From Octopus sinensis (lineage: Eukaryota): a stretch of DNA of 64,000 bases. Below, one piece after another: positions 41,770 through 55,894 of the stretch (position 1 is the first letter of the stretch; every line of letters begins with the position of its first letter). A program made the position numbers and the translations under genes. The notes under the pieces are model-generated. The model saw nothing but the letters and a program-made list of their open reading frames with translations, made no database searches and had not been told where the DNA came from. The stretch is from NCBI RefSeq assembly GCF_006345805.1, contig NC_042998.1:191332001-191396000 (forward strand), read 5' to 3'.

Positions 41770-41842
41770 ATCTATCTATCTGTCTATGCATATATGTATA
41801 TATATGTATGTATGTGTATATATATATATATTATATATACAC

Positions 41843-41884
<42 letters not shown>

Positions 41885-41948
41885 TATTATATATATATAT
41901 ATATATTATATATATATAATATATATAATATATATATATAATATATAT

Positions 41949-42018
<70 letters not shown>

Positions 42019-42075
42019 TAGATAGATAGATAGATATATAGATAGATAGATAGATAGATAAATAAATAGATAGAT
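41695..42075. repeat. (ATCT)n/(TA)n/(GA)n/(GATA)n compound microsatellite
   Basis: Direct reading. Confidence 0.95.
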
Positions 42076-42524
42076 GCACATTATGATTTATATCCACAGA
42101 TGCCTCTGCATATTTGCTTTTATATGCGTGCATGTATGTGTATCTGTGTGTTGCGTGTGTGCATGTGCATCTGTGTGTGTTTGTATGTGTGTGACTGAGT
42201 GCGCGCGCGTGAGTGTATTTAGCTGTGGTTTGTTTTGATGAAAGTGTATGTGAACATTCTAGTCTCTACCGTAGAACACATTCCTGCTCACCTGTCTTTC
42301 ACATTCCACTAACTGCTTTCTGTATTTGGAATATTGAGCTACATGTGTATATAGATACAATGGACACACATACACACACTCCGACTGATAGACTAGCGTA
42401 AAGATTGACAAGAACTCACAGACACACGTACACAGTAATTTCGCAGAAATACATATCTACAATTAAACAAATATCTATGTGTCTACGCGCGCACGTATTT
42501 ATGTGTGTTTATGTGTGTTCATGC

Positions 42525-43786
42525 GTGCACGTGTGTGTATGTAAGCGCGTGTGTGTCTTTGTGCGTGTGACGTATAAGTATGATTCCAGGTGTGTATGTG
42601 TGTGTATGATTCCAGGTGTGCATGTGTGTGTATGGTTCCAGGTGTGCATGTGTGTGTATGTAAGCGTGTGCATGTATAAGTATGATTCCAGGTGTGCATG
42701 TGTGTGTATGTAAGCGTGTGCATGTATAAGTATGATTTCAGGTGTGCATGTGTATGTATGTAAGCGCGTGTGTGTCTTTGTGCGTGTGACGTATAAGTAT
42801 GATTCCAGGTGTGTATGTGTGTGTATGTAAGCGCGTGTGTGTGTTTGTGCGTGTGAATGTATAAGTATGATTCCAGGTGTGCATGTGTGTGTATGTAAGC
42901 GTGTGTGTGTCTTTGTGCGTGTGCATGTATAAGTATGATTCCAGGTGTGCATGTGTGTGTATGTAAGCGTGTGCATGTATAAGTATGATTCCAGGTGTGC
43001 ATGTGTGTGTATGTAAGCGCGTGTGTGTCTTTGTGCGTGTGCATGTATAAGTGTGATTCCAGGTGTGCATGTGTGTGTAAGTAAGCGCGTGTGTGTCTTT
43101 GTGCGTGTGCATGTATAAGTATGATTTCAGGTGTGCATGTGTGTGTATGTAAGCGTGTGCATGTATAAGTATGATTTCAGGTGTGCATGTGTGTGTATGT
43201 AAGCGTGTGCATGTATAAGTATGATTCCAGGTGTGCATTGTGTGTGATGTAAGCGTGTGCATGTATAAGTATGATTCCAGGTGTGCATGTGTGTGTATGT
43301 AAGCGTGTGCATGTATAAGTATGATTTCAGGTGTGCATGTGTGTGTATGTAAGCGTGTGCATGTATAAGTATGATTCCAGGTGTGCATGTGTGTGTATGT
43401 AAGCGTGTGCATGTATAAGTATGATTCCAGGTGTGCATGTGTGTGTATGTAAGCGTGTGCATGTATAAGTATGATTTCAGGTGTGCATGTGTGTGTATGT
43501 AAGCGCGTGTGTGTCTTTGTGCGTGTGCATGTATAAGTGTGATTCCAGGTGTGCATGTGTGTGTATGTAAGCGCGTGTGTCTTTGTGCGTGTGCATGTAT
43601 AAGTATGATTCCAGGTGTGCATGTGTGTGTATGTAAGCGTGTGTGTCTTTGTGCGTGTGCATATAAGTATCATTCCAGGTGTGCATGTATAAGTATGATT
43701 TCAGGTGTGCATGTGTGTGTATGTAAGCACGTGTGTGTGTCTTTGTGCGTGTGCATGTATAAGTATGACTCCAGGTGTGCATGTGT
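42525..43786. repeat. Minisatellite with mainly 50-bp and about 68-bp unit variants
   Basis: The core GTATAAGTATGATT(C/T)CAGGTGTGCATGTGTGTGTATGTAAGC recurs about 23 times by manual count. Long units carry an extra GCGTGTGTGTCTTTGTGC. Confidence 0.95.
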
Positions 43787-45434
43787 CTATATTTGGAGAG
43801 GATGATATCAACTGCATTTTTCTTAAAGTATCTACAGCGAAGTGCATTTGTTCTGAGAATATGGGTTTTGTGTTATCTTCTATATGGGAATGCCAACATA
43901 CAATATCAATTGGAACTCAGATAGAATCGCAATTTTACTACATACTGATATAAAAACGTTGTCGTTTAATGTCGCATTTCCCATCTCTTTCGAAATGTTT
44001 TGCACACTAAACACATAGTTCGCTCATAATAAAAACATACACTCTAATGGAATTCAGGGAAGATTTCCAAATACCGCCTATAAAGAGAGTTAAACCAAAT
44101 TTTTTTTCTGCGAGTATTTGAAGTTCTCCAGAAATTTATTGTCTACATTTAATAGAAAGGTTGAATATTATTTTTATCGTTTATTCATTTCTTCAAAAGT
44201 CCCTATTTACTTTATTTGGTATATTCTAATCCTTCAAACATCACCACCATTAACAGATACTGTAAAATAGCAGCCTCTCAAGTAGGCAAAAAAATCGATA
44301 AGTCTGTTTTCAATAACAGCCTCAAACACCAAATTCTCTTCCCGTCACATAATCTTAGCTCCCACCGTGCTCGGTATAAGTAAGGAGCGTACTTGAAACT
44401 GAAACATTCTCGACATAATCTACCCCCAGTAACTTACAAAGAAAGTGTTTAATTTAATTTTCCAAACTTAAATGTTTACCCCTATATAAATATCTCCCAG
44501 AGGGAAGGATAATTTCTTAATGGACAATATATTAGGGGACACTTTATTCATACGGCTTCTCTTTTCTTTCACGAAAAATTCCAAGCACAACATTACACTA
44601 ATTTTACTGTTATTCAAACACTCAACTGTTCCCAATTAATTTATTATCACATTATAGTATTTATGTAATACAGGCCAAAGTATTGAATCGCAGTTAAATT
44701 TAATTGTACAGTTTTAGTAAATATATAGTTATCTCTGTTGTTCTGTCAGTTTTGATTTCCTCTCCATGTCAGAGAATACGTAAATTGTTCGTACGTACGC
44801 TTATCTATTAAAACGGCGTATAGAAATGTCACCCTTATAATCTAGGCATTACATCAAACTTATTTAAGTATTTGCTGTAAAAGTATCTTTTGTTTGATCC
44901 CTCATAGAATATTAAGAGGCTATGTGGAAATTCTTCATCAATGCATATTCATTACTGAGTCAACACTCACACAGTGTACTCGCGCGATTGTTATATCTGG
45001 TACTCAATAGAAATTCAACCAACAATATGTGCAGATACAAAGAATATCGGAATTTATGTCTTCTATCATCTATTATTTTCTAAATCTTCTGCTGTCTCTC
45101 AAACTACAATCTGATCAGACAAATATCCGCCAAGCCGTAATATGCCATTGATCATAGGATTTAGTATACTCCATTTACTTCGTATTGGTACTACGTCTTA
45201 GAATAATTTAATGAATTGAAATAGAACACGATACAGGGCTTGGTCATTCATCATAATCAACACAATAGTTTGTTATTAAATTTTCACTTATGAAAGTATT
45301 CCCTGTGGAATGCTTTCCAGACTTGCTGTTCAAACCAATTTCAGCAGAATGTAATTGAATTTACTCTACGAGAAGATCAATTCCCCCACCTACTTCTAAC
45401 TATTATTATCATCGAGTTATCAAGGGAGGTGCTA

Positions 45435-45625
45435 GGTGGTCGTTGAACCTGCTAAAAACAGCAGCCAAATACCCGCAAATGACAACCTTATTGTCTTCAA
45501 AAAGAATATATTGGACAGGGTGGTTCTAGTGAATAAACAAGACAGTCAGAGCTGGAACGCTTTTGATCATACACTTGCTCAATTAAGTTTATCCTGGTGC
45601 TAAACAACGACAACCACTACAACAG
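45435..45625 (+). mobile_element. Old dispersed repeat (SINE-like family E), degraded
   Basis: ggtcgttgaacctgctaaaaacagcagccaaat…gctggaacgcttttgatcata…ctaaacaacgacaac. Several diverged copies occur in the window. Confidence 0.6.
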
Positions 45626-47251
45626 TAACCAAACCCACACCAAGAACAGTAACAACAACAACATATATTAAAATTTTACTTTCTTACCTGAAAACATCGA
45701 AACGCAATTAACAAACTTTTGTTTATTTTTAAAGTAAAAGCAAAATGTAGGTGACAAATTTTTCTAAAATGTATTCATAAGATGGACTTTTGTTTAAAAA
45801 TAGTTTCTAAACTTTTGTTCGTACGAATCAGTTCGCTAATAGTATTTACAATTCTGGTCACTTGTATACAGCTCCTTGTTGAAGGGGTGTAGTCAACCTG
45901 GTTGTAAAGGAAGAGAACCGGAAGGGGAACAAATGCCAATACACATGCTACGATGCACAAACATGTTCATATGAAGAAATACATCTACACACACATATAC
46001 ATGGAAATACATTCGCACGCGCACGAGCGCATGCACACATACACACAGAGTTTACTTCATAGAATTGTAAGAACAGTATTCGCTCGAGAGAAATTTCTCC
46101 TCTCAGACAACATGCAAAAATTCAGTGGGCTATGAATATCATCATCGAATCATGGGATGCCTGAGTCTCCACGAATCATGGATGCCTGGGTCTCTGGGGT
46201 AGAAAGGGCTCCTTAGCTGTAGTGAAGGCAATCTATCTAGGGAGATAACCTTACAATAAATCACTCGGTCCGTAGCTTAGAAATACTGGGTTGACGTCCA
46301 GCGGGAACAGCTTTGTTTCATGGAGGAGGAAAGATCTTCTTTAGTACTTGGTTGTACAATGCTTTCCAATGTGTGTAGTAGTGGCGCGCGCACACATTAT
46401 TAGCCATTTGAAAAGACTATGAAAGTCTCGACCACGGTCGAACAATGATGATGATGACGTTGTTAAGCGCCATTGGCCAAGAATATCGAATTCGTCTTTC
46501 GCCGTCCACGATCCGATGATATTTACGAGGAGAAATTTCGATCGAGACTACTTCCTGAGCGACAGGTCTTCCCATGTGAATACGTTAAATATGACTGTAC
46601 ATGAATATATTAAACGTTGTTTCTTTCGACAGAATGCAACTGTTGTGGTGAGTTCCAGCCATACACGCGCACACACAGAAAAAAAAAACGAGACAAAACA
46701 CACACACACGCACACACACATTCACATATGCGCACATACTCCCTCCCCACAAGGTAAAAGAAAGAAGAAAAATAATTTCTCGTTCAATAGAATTTGAGAC
46801 CATCATTAAATTCCTTTATCTTTTCTTTTTTTTTTCTTGTATTTGGACACTTATCATGCACACTGAACATTTTTTGAAAAGAAAAGAACTCTCCTATTCA
46901 ATCCAATAGAATCTTTGACACAAAAATAATTCCTTCCCCAAAAGAATATTTCCAAACAATCAGCATAAAGTAAAACAAAAATAATCCCTTCCAAACTCTA
47001 ATAATAGAAGTTTTGAACATTTAACACAACACAACACACACACACACGCACACACATACACATACACACACATACATTCACACACACAAAAAAAAAAACC
47101 CACACAACTCAACATATTCCGAATAGAAAAGATACTTGCTTTTCGGTTCAATACAAGTTTTGACACTTAGCCCCTTGGGGCTCCTTCCACAGCCCTACAT
47201 AAATAATACATTTGCACTGGGAACCACTTCACATAGACAACCGGTGGTTGT

Positions 47252-47296
47252 CACACACTGATGACGGGTCAATATCCAGAAACTCGGATCCGTGTG
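47252..47296 (+). ncRNA. Partly decayed type I hammerhead motif
   Basis: CACACA-CTGATGA-C-GGGT(CAAT)ATCC-A-GAA-ACTCGGAT-C-CGTGTG: intact core, five stem I pairs after an A.C mismatch, 4-bp stem II closed by C.A, weak helix III, AUC triplet. Confidence 0.5.
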
Positions 47297-47453
47297 TATC
47301 ACGTCAGGTTGGAGATGGGAACGATGATTTCCCTTTGCAAATACTGATAGGGTACAGAACGTGTTTCAATAGCCAGCTGGAGGAGATGTCTTCCTGAGTT
47401 TACAAGCATCAACCCTTAACGGTTAGCCACATTTAAGTGGCACATATACTTCA

Positions 47454-47521
<68 letters not shown>

Positions 47522-48346
47522 CGAATAGTTTTGGTTAGAATGCTCTTGATCATATGGTTGTTCAATCAGTACTGACTATGGATAAACAACACCACCAACA
47601 ACAAAAATAACTAGACAGGCGAGAACAAAAGTAAGATATCTACATAATTCCAGCCGAAGAGATTGAATTAAGTCTGTATCAAAGCATTATGGATTCATAG
47701 TGCCGAAAGCTTGATCACACATTGATTCAGTAATAGCTGAAGACTTAATCTTACTATTTCCTGGAGATATTTCGAAAGCCTCTTCTTTCATAATAGTACC
47801 TTGTTGTTCTATAGCTTATAGAAACTATGATACTTTTCTATTTTCAATTTCATTTCTCTCCTAACGTATATCTGCTGGCAAGTTATTAATGAAAATGAAT
47901 ACACGTTTCATTGTCTTGTTAATATTATTCAAAACAGATTACGGTGAAGTAAACTCTTCTTACATAGAATATTCATATTTCCTTTGAGTTTTGTAAATTT
48001 CGTAGGTTTTCGCTGTTTGAAATACTTTAAACTAATTTCAATGGACAACATTTCAACGAACAGTCATAAGCTATTCGTGCTATTTGCTGTCGATATGAAA
48101 TAGTAAATGAGTCGAGATCACATAGGTGCGTTTGCCACGTCGATCTCACTGATCTAAGAAGGCCTGAAAAAGCTATAAGGACAACCTCTTCTTTCCTACC
48201 AAACAAATGAAAAACATCAAACCGTGGTGAAAAGTAAAAGTATCCTAAAATGTAGGAAATTATGTTATATTCTCCTACTACTCTTTCTCTTTCACCTGCT
48301 GCTGCTGATTTCCTCCTCCTCATCCCCCTCCTCCTCCTGCTGCCGC

Positions 48347-48377
<31 letters not shown>

Positions 48378-49224
48378 ACCACTAGGGTATTTTTCTAGAG
48401 CGCACTGATGCAAGAATTTCCCATGGCCATATTTAGGGCGAGCAACAACAATACAAGCACAAGAAATGATAGGAGTGGGTGATGATTATCCACTTAACGA
48501 CGGGTTACTATATTTGACTTTTTATATATTTAGATTATATCTTATAATTATATATCTTTTACCTATTTATTATTTTCGGTATTTATCATGGGCAGGTAAA
48601 ACATTTTTTAGTCTGTCCTGCGAACGAGTAGACACTATGCTTAATTTCAGAATCCACTGTTCTTCGACCATTCAAACTTTTGCTATTGTGTATAAAGCTG
48701 TTGTCGTTTGATTTAATTATGAAGATAGTGGTATTAATTGTATTTGGTATGGTTGGGTAGACCGTTTTCTTGTTGCTGTTCGCGTTCTTTCATTTCTAGC
48801 TTCCTAGCCTTGACCACCCCTTCAGATAGTGTAATCTCAGGTTACATTATCCAATATATGCAGTCTTGAAAGTGTTAAGCTGTAATTTGAATTAAATGTG
48901 GCTACTACTTCCAGTCGGTCGAGTAATTACACAAAGATATCTTATAGCTATTGGGGAAGCGCTACAAATGTAGTCGAAAATAATAGATTTGGCCTTTGTT
49001 AGTCATTAAAGTTTGATAGGAAGGAGAACGGGGCAAACTCGAGAAGTGTTGTCTTCCAATGAATTTTATAAAGTAGAATTGAAGGTGATGAATCTGATAT
49101 AGATGAAATGGATTTACATCTGTAGGCAACAGTAATCATAGTTTTGAGGTACCTTGAAACTCCTTGAATCGCATCTTATATTTCTCCCTTGGTAACAGTA
49201 TAATTATAGAGTAACAGTACAATT

Positions 49225-49752
49225 ATAATAATAACAATAATGAAATTATTGTATACAGTGCTCAGGTGCACCACAACTTGTCAAAAGTGCATATAAAGCA
49301 TATGCAGTAATGTACAAATGTCTGGGAAGTGAACAGTGTATGAGTCAGATACATGCTTGTGTGTGTATGGAGGGGAGAAAATCAGGTGTAGTGTTGGCGA
49401 ATCTCAGGAAGCATGGAAGTTTTGAAGGATGCTGTGCTCCGGCAACTAACAACTGATGCCGGCAGTTTGTTCCATACTTCAGTAACTCTTAGCATGAAAA
49501 AATGTTTCCGAAAGTCATGGGAGCTGTGCTGTTTTCTGACTTTGTAAACATGTCCACGGGTGTTAGACAGGTGGAGTTTGAAAGGGTGCTCAGAGTTATT
49601 GTTAGTAAGATGGCTAATAATTCTATGGGTGTCTGCCAAGTCAGCTGCCAGACGTCGGAGTTTCAATGTATCCATGCCCAGAGAAGTAAGGGGTTCAGAA
49701 TATGGCAAATGCCTGATGGAGGGTATTCTCTTGGTTGCACGTCGCTGAACGG
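49225..49752 (-). mobile_element. 5'-truncated CR1-clade LINE 3' end (ORF2 C-terminus and 3' UTR)
   Basis: ORF 49382-49774 encodes VQRRATKRIP…YSE.L..L….L..RR…DL…NTRGH.YK…FF..RV…WNKLP..VV…..SFK, the characteristic CR1 ORF2 end. The 3' UTR ends in a short TTA-rich tail. The first residues of the track ORF come from flanking DNA. Confidence 0.92.
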
Positions 49753-50760
49753 CAACGGTGAAAAATAGCAACATGTCAAAATAGTACCAAATACTAGTTA
49801 ACTCTATTAAACATCTTCAAATTAATCCTTGCATCAGTATTTTATCGGATATAATTTTACGTGACTAACTCTAAGCATTTTTATGAACAAAAGTCAATGA
49901 CAACTGAGTGCATGTCATTTTACTAAGGACCAAGCGATCTGTGATAAAATGATTCTAAAAGAACAAGAAAAATAATCTTTCAGCGAGAAATTAGTAATGC
50001 CAGAAATGAAATTAAAGTTGTTGTCTATAAGCTCGCATAAACATTAAAGAAAAATAGGCTAGAACCAAACAATTCCTGAATGCAAGGTTAATAAAAGAAA
50101 AACGGTGTATTCAAAGGGAATTTTATGTTATACTTTCTACTCTGCTTGAAACAAAGAATTCTGCAAGGTTTCCAACTTGTGGAAATAAGAGATATGTACT
50201 GAGTGCTAAAAGGATCAATATATAAGTAAAAGACGGAGATAATATTTACTATTAGAATATTCAAGTCATACGCTCTGACAAGCCAATCGGCTAGATCTGG
50301 AAGCAACAACTTAAAAGAAAAAGAGAAATGAATATTATATATAAAAATGAAACAGGTAGACAGTCGCTTGTACGGCATTATATTATAAACTGTGCACATA
50401 AATTAGCGATGATATAAACGATTGCAAGCATTAATAAATAAACAATATACAAGTAGAATCCAGAAGGCATATTATATTAATAAAATAAACAAGATCATAG
50501 AAAATCAACTTCAGAAAAGGAAATACATTTGACAAAGAATCCCTACAACAAATTTTAATTAGATGTGCGGTTATTATGTTTGTCTATCAATACGGACAAG
50601 CATAATAAAATAGCTTTGGAGTAAATTAATGAGTGGTGTGGTTCCCCAATAGGGTCATCATGACTATCTCAACTTTTGGTCCCTTAGATGTTTTAGGGGT
50701 TAAAAGCCAAATATATCTCATTGCTCTAGCGATTACCTATGTACTTATTAATGATCTCTC

Positions 50761-50837
<77 letters not shown>

Positions 50838-52909
50838 ATATATGTGTATACATGTGTACACTTAGACACGAACAGAAACATGTACGTTCATAACTGTATC
50901 TATGTGTAGATGTGGACTACACACACAGATACACAATGTAGATAGAGATACACTATGTGTAGATGTGTCACACACACAGATACTCAAGTGGACCAATATG
51001 TATCTGTTCCGTGATATACAAAATTAATGATTTAGTCATTAATAATTTCGCCAAAACAAACAGTCTGGGATCAATTCAATTTAATCTTAACTCTGAATAA
51101 AAGACAATTTTTAGCATTACACTGCTTTAATGTACTTTTAATATTAGTTTACTAAACAACATATATTAAATGTCATGCAACATTTGACTTCAAATTTTCT
51201 TTTAGTTATTATTCATTCAGTGTATCAATTGAAACTTCGTTGCATGCGCAACAGTCCACGTCTAGATAAGTGACAGCTGAGTGTTAATTTTCTATATAAT
51301 TTATCTAGATTCGAACCGGATAGCGTAATTCCCGGTTGCCGTGTTTTAAAGATATTTGTCTCATGGCAAAATTTCCAGACAGCAACATATTAAACATTCA
51401 GGTATATATATTTTTTTATGTCTATTATTTATTTCTATTAGATTTGAATTTATCTCATGTTAAGAGAATCAGATATAACGCCATATGTAACAATATGTTT
51501 ATACTTTCTCCATTGAAGTCTCCACTCGAATTACCTTTCACAAATTGCCATCATTTCATGTTACTCAAATGGTTTTTATTCTCGTAGCAATTATTTGTTA
51601 TCGCATTTTTGAATTTATTGTTGAGAGGTTTCGTGGAAATCAGCAATTTATATTTTCCTGAAAATTTCAATCATTGTTTTTGTATACAATTATTAATTAT
51701 TCGAGAACGAAGATCGGTCGGTAAGGATCAAGTAGACATGTCACTATGGTGACAACATACGGTCAAGTCAGGAATTAGTAATTTGATATGTTATTATATA
51801 ATGTTTAACGACGTATAATTAGTTGTAAGGACAATACAGATTTATGTTGAGTAAAAGAAGAAAGGAATATATATATCAAACTTTCGATAGTCCGTTTCTG
51901 TATAATAACGACAGTGGATTGATTGCTGTATATTATCTATAGTAAAGAAGCTGAGTTGATTATGTACAGCATTAGAGCGAGCCTATCACATGAAAACTAT
52001 TATGGATATATATCCGTTGGTCAATGTCATAGACAATTTGCAGCCATCAGATTTGATTGAACTATCACTGTGTTTTTACATTACTATTGATTTTCTCTTA
52101 GCGTTATCTTAATTCAATATAAACAACCATTGTAATCACTGAGCTTTAAATATGATATTTTGCGCAAAAAATATCTGCTTTGATTCATCAAATAATAGTT
52201 CAGGTAGTCAATAGTAGATGCATATGCAGCTAGGAGAAACTTGTCACGTGGCATTATCTGAATGAAAACAATAGTTGAACAAGTGCACTAAACGTAACAA
52301 GCGTTGAGAAAGAATATGCTTTGCTAAAGAGGTGTGATAAGATCGAAAGATGTCTAGACTTTTCTGTGTTTACCAAATATTAGATAACATGTAGTTCACG
52401 AAATTGTTTTCATCTTTTTATTGCATGTACAATTCTTGTTCTAATTAATTGTATTTGGGAGTAGTCACCTCATACTGTAATCAAATTTGATCAGCAATAA
52501 TTGTTACTCAAATAATTTAACTCTATAGATTAAGTAGTTAGTACTCAGTCATTGTACTCATATGATCATGTTCAACTATTAGAGGTACTGACCATTTAGT
52601 AGCATATGAAGTTTAAAACTGTGGCGCAGACTATTTAACTCTATACAAGATGTAAGTCCTCAGCTAACGTTGTTATTGATGTTAACTACCAGAAGTAATT
52701 TGAAATCACATGCAGTTAGAATCTGGGTTGCTTCTTCATCTTCACTGCTAAGCAGTGAAAGAAAGTATCTACTCTAATCGTCTAGAAAAAGCTCTAGGTG
52801 CTATATTTAACATATAAATGAATTGAACAACATGCACTTCAATGCATAAAATTTTCGACACCTTCGCTGTCAGACATCTTGTGCTAGCATGCCGCAACAA
52901 AAATAGTTT

Positions 52910-53140
52910 GAACCAAAAGGAGCAGTAGTCTCTAAGTGAAAAGCAACGCGTGATCTACGGATTGTTTTGAACAACGACGTCTCGTCTTATGCACATATCA
53001 CCAAGATGGTGGCAATATGCAGGCGAATAGCAGGATGGACTCTGAGAACTTTCAGAACAAGTGTCCAGGAAACTATGGAGGTTCTATTGAGGGCATTTGT
53101 CTTCAGCCGTCTGGATTACTGCTCTTAACTGTGATCCGAC
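52910..53140 (+). pseudogene. CR1/L2-group LINE ORF2 fragment (post-RT region)
   Basis: The frame from 52940 reads KATRDLRIVLNNDVSSYAHITKMVAICRRIAGWTLRTFRTSVQETMEVLLRAFVFSRLDYCS*L*S, matching the RDLG…HI…R.F…LDYCS.LWSP pattern. Confidence 0.85.
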
Positions 53141-54273
53141 GATGTCTGGCATCAGAAAAGTTTCTGAGTTTCACTCAAATCTCATTTTCTGGAACGGATA
53201 TTTGCCGAGAAGTCACTCCATGGTAACACCGTTTCATAAATCCTATCTAAATAGAACGTCCGTTATGTTTTCTATTCACTGTTTAATAATTTTTCTCTCT
53301 CATGTGCCACTCACCCTCTATGAGAGGATCTGTCAAGGAGGTTTGTGCATAGTCGTTCAACTTGTGAAAAGTAGCAGTCAAATCACTCTCAAAATATGAC
53401 TATCCGTTTTAGAAAAATGACAGAATGGATAACGTGGTACTTGGTCTACTATTTTATATATATAAATAGATAACCACACCTGGAAACCTTTGATTATTGG
53501 TGTACTTGATCAGAACTAATCTAGGAAAAACAACTTTGCATAGTATATGCATTATTGTTCGAAATAAGGAAACTGAAAAGACCATCTAATGTCAACTTTA
53601 CATCCTGCCGTCTTTCGGTTGTCCCAGCATACAGTTACTGTGCACATAAAGAGCATGGCCCAATGCCTATCACCACCAAGCAGTAAATTAACTCTGATGC
53701 ACTACGGAAATTTTACACAGTAAACTGATGTGCAGCTCATATATATATATATATGGAAGTATCTGTTACATGCATAAACAATTTAAACAATATTCCCAAA
53801 AGAGACACTTGAGCAATTAACAAATCTACAATAATGATCATATTACAAATGCTAAACAATGCAATTTATCTCTTCTCCGCCTCTTCTATTACCTCACAAG
53901 TTATTATCATCATTGTCGTTTTTAACTCTAATATGTCGGAATATACATTTCGCTAATCCCTTAATTTTACAATTATAATCGCATAGAACATTTCTTCTCT
54001 CCCTTTATCTACTGCCATAATTCGAAGTTGATTAACAGAAGCATGAACACCGCATGTCAAGTGTCACGTGGTCACTGGATCGGCTTGAAATATCATTGAC
54101 TTCTGCTTCATTAATAACCAGCACTCATCGGTGCTGCATTCCCACACTCCCTATCAGTCGAGTGAGTGATATCCTACACTCAAACATTTTGTTACGGACA
54201 AATATACCTACATACATACAGAGGTACCTAAATGCATATATACATACATACATACATACATTCACACTTACAT

Positions 54274-54310
<37 letters not shown>

Positions 54311-54324
54311 TATATATATATATA

Positions 54325-54491
54325 GGGAAAGTTCACGAAAAAAACAAAAGACGAAGACAGGTGGTGTACAAAACAAACAGATGTATTAGTATAACGCTCA
54401 GGAATAGAAAAAGTCTTTTACGTTTCGAGTCTATGCTTTTCTACAGAAAGGGACACAGAAAAAAACAAGGAGAGAAACAAGGAGAGAAAAA
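54325..54491 (-). mobile_element. Short PLE terminal-repeat-like element with decayed hammerhead-like motif (54415-54450)
   Basis: Reverse-complement homologue of 25894-26078, embedded in TA runs. Confidence 0.75.
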
Positions 54492-55644
54492 ATATATATA
54501 ATATATATTTATGTATGTATGTATGTATGAATGTATGAATGTATGTATGTATGTACATATGTATATGGTGGTGATGATGAATTTTGGTGTTGTTGCAACT
54601 GAGATTCCACTAGAATTTTGAGAGGACTGTAACAGTAATAACAAGATCAGGAGCGAGGAATTACAATTCTTGAATTAAATATTTGGTACAGTGAATTATA
54701 GAATGATGTACTTGTATATGTATAGACATATACAAATACATGAGAGAACTGACATGCACGTTTATGCGTATATCTAAGTAATATAATTCGTGTATTCCTT
54801 GCGGGGTTTCTTTACACGATTTTTGTTACATTTAAGTAGTCAGTATTGCACCTAACTTCAATCTGTAACACAATGGGAAAACTACACAATAATCATACAC
54901 ATTCATGCACAAATATACATATATACTTACTTACATAGGTACATGCATACACACATAAATATATTGACATATATGTGTATATATATTACGTATATGCATA
55001 CATAATATAACATATATATATGTATAAGCATATATATGTTTGTATATATGATACACACACACACGCATATACATATACGTACGTACATATGATATATGCG
55101 TGTGTGTATGAATGTATGTATCTATCTACCTACCTATTTCTCCCTCCTCAACTATTTTATTCTCTCTCTCTCGTCAACTATCTGCACATATAGCCATACG
55201 TTAATTCCTAACAAAGATCCGTTTGCTTACACACATGCGTGTGCGCAAAAGTAACCGTCCACACATTTATAGTCATATATCTGTACCGTCTATATGACTT
55301 TCTGATCAAGAGAAATCAGACTACTATAATCGATACAGAATCGATAAGCATCAAGTAAATGTACTTTGACGAAAAGTTGCCAGTCCACTTAAACACAGTT
55401 CACAAGGTAATCCTCTCTAAGCATATGTGCATTCAAAGTAGTATTACGTTTTATATCATTGTAATGTAGATAAATAGAGCATTTAGCCAGAAACCATGAG
55501 ATACGGATGAAATAGAAAGACTCTGAAGAGGATGAAGAAAAAGGTCCAGGTAAAAATGCTATATGGAATGGTCCACATTAGGTAAGTTAATGTTATCAAA
55601 AAAAAAAAAAGGATTATTGATTTCTTGCTAATTCTATTTGATAA

Positions 55645-55880
55645 TTACTCTTTACTCTCTTTTTACTCTTTTACTTGTTTCAGTCATTTGACTGCGGCCA
55701 TGCTGGAGCACCGCCTTTAGTCGAGCGAATCGACCCCCGCAGGACTTATTCTTTTGTAAGCCCAGTACTTATTCTATCGGTCTCTTTTTGTCGAACCGCT
55801 AAGTGACGGGGACGTAAACACACCAGCATCGGTTGTAAAGCAATGCTAGGGGGACAAACACAGACACACAAATACACACA
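55645..55880 (-). mobile_element. SINE family A 3' half (tandem duplicate)
   Basis: Near-identical to 55895-56120. Confidence 0.92.
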
Positions 55881-55894
55881 TATATATATATATA

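Noticed and set aside
42499-43805. ORFs up to 311 aa and a CRISPR-like periodicity
   Set aside because: A tandem minisatellite: the inter-core sequences are repeats rather than unique spacers, there are no cas genes, and the context is eukaryotic.
46140-46370. GC-richer block with a short tandem duplication, vaguely like an RTE 5' UTR
   Set aside because: The similarity is too weak to classify without a database search.
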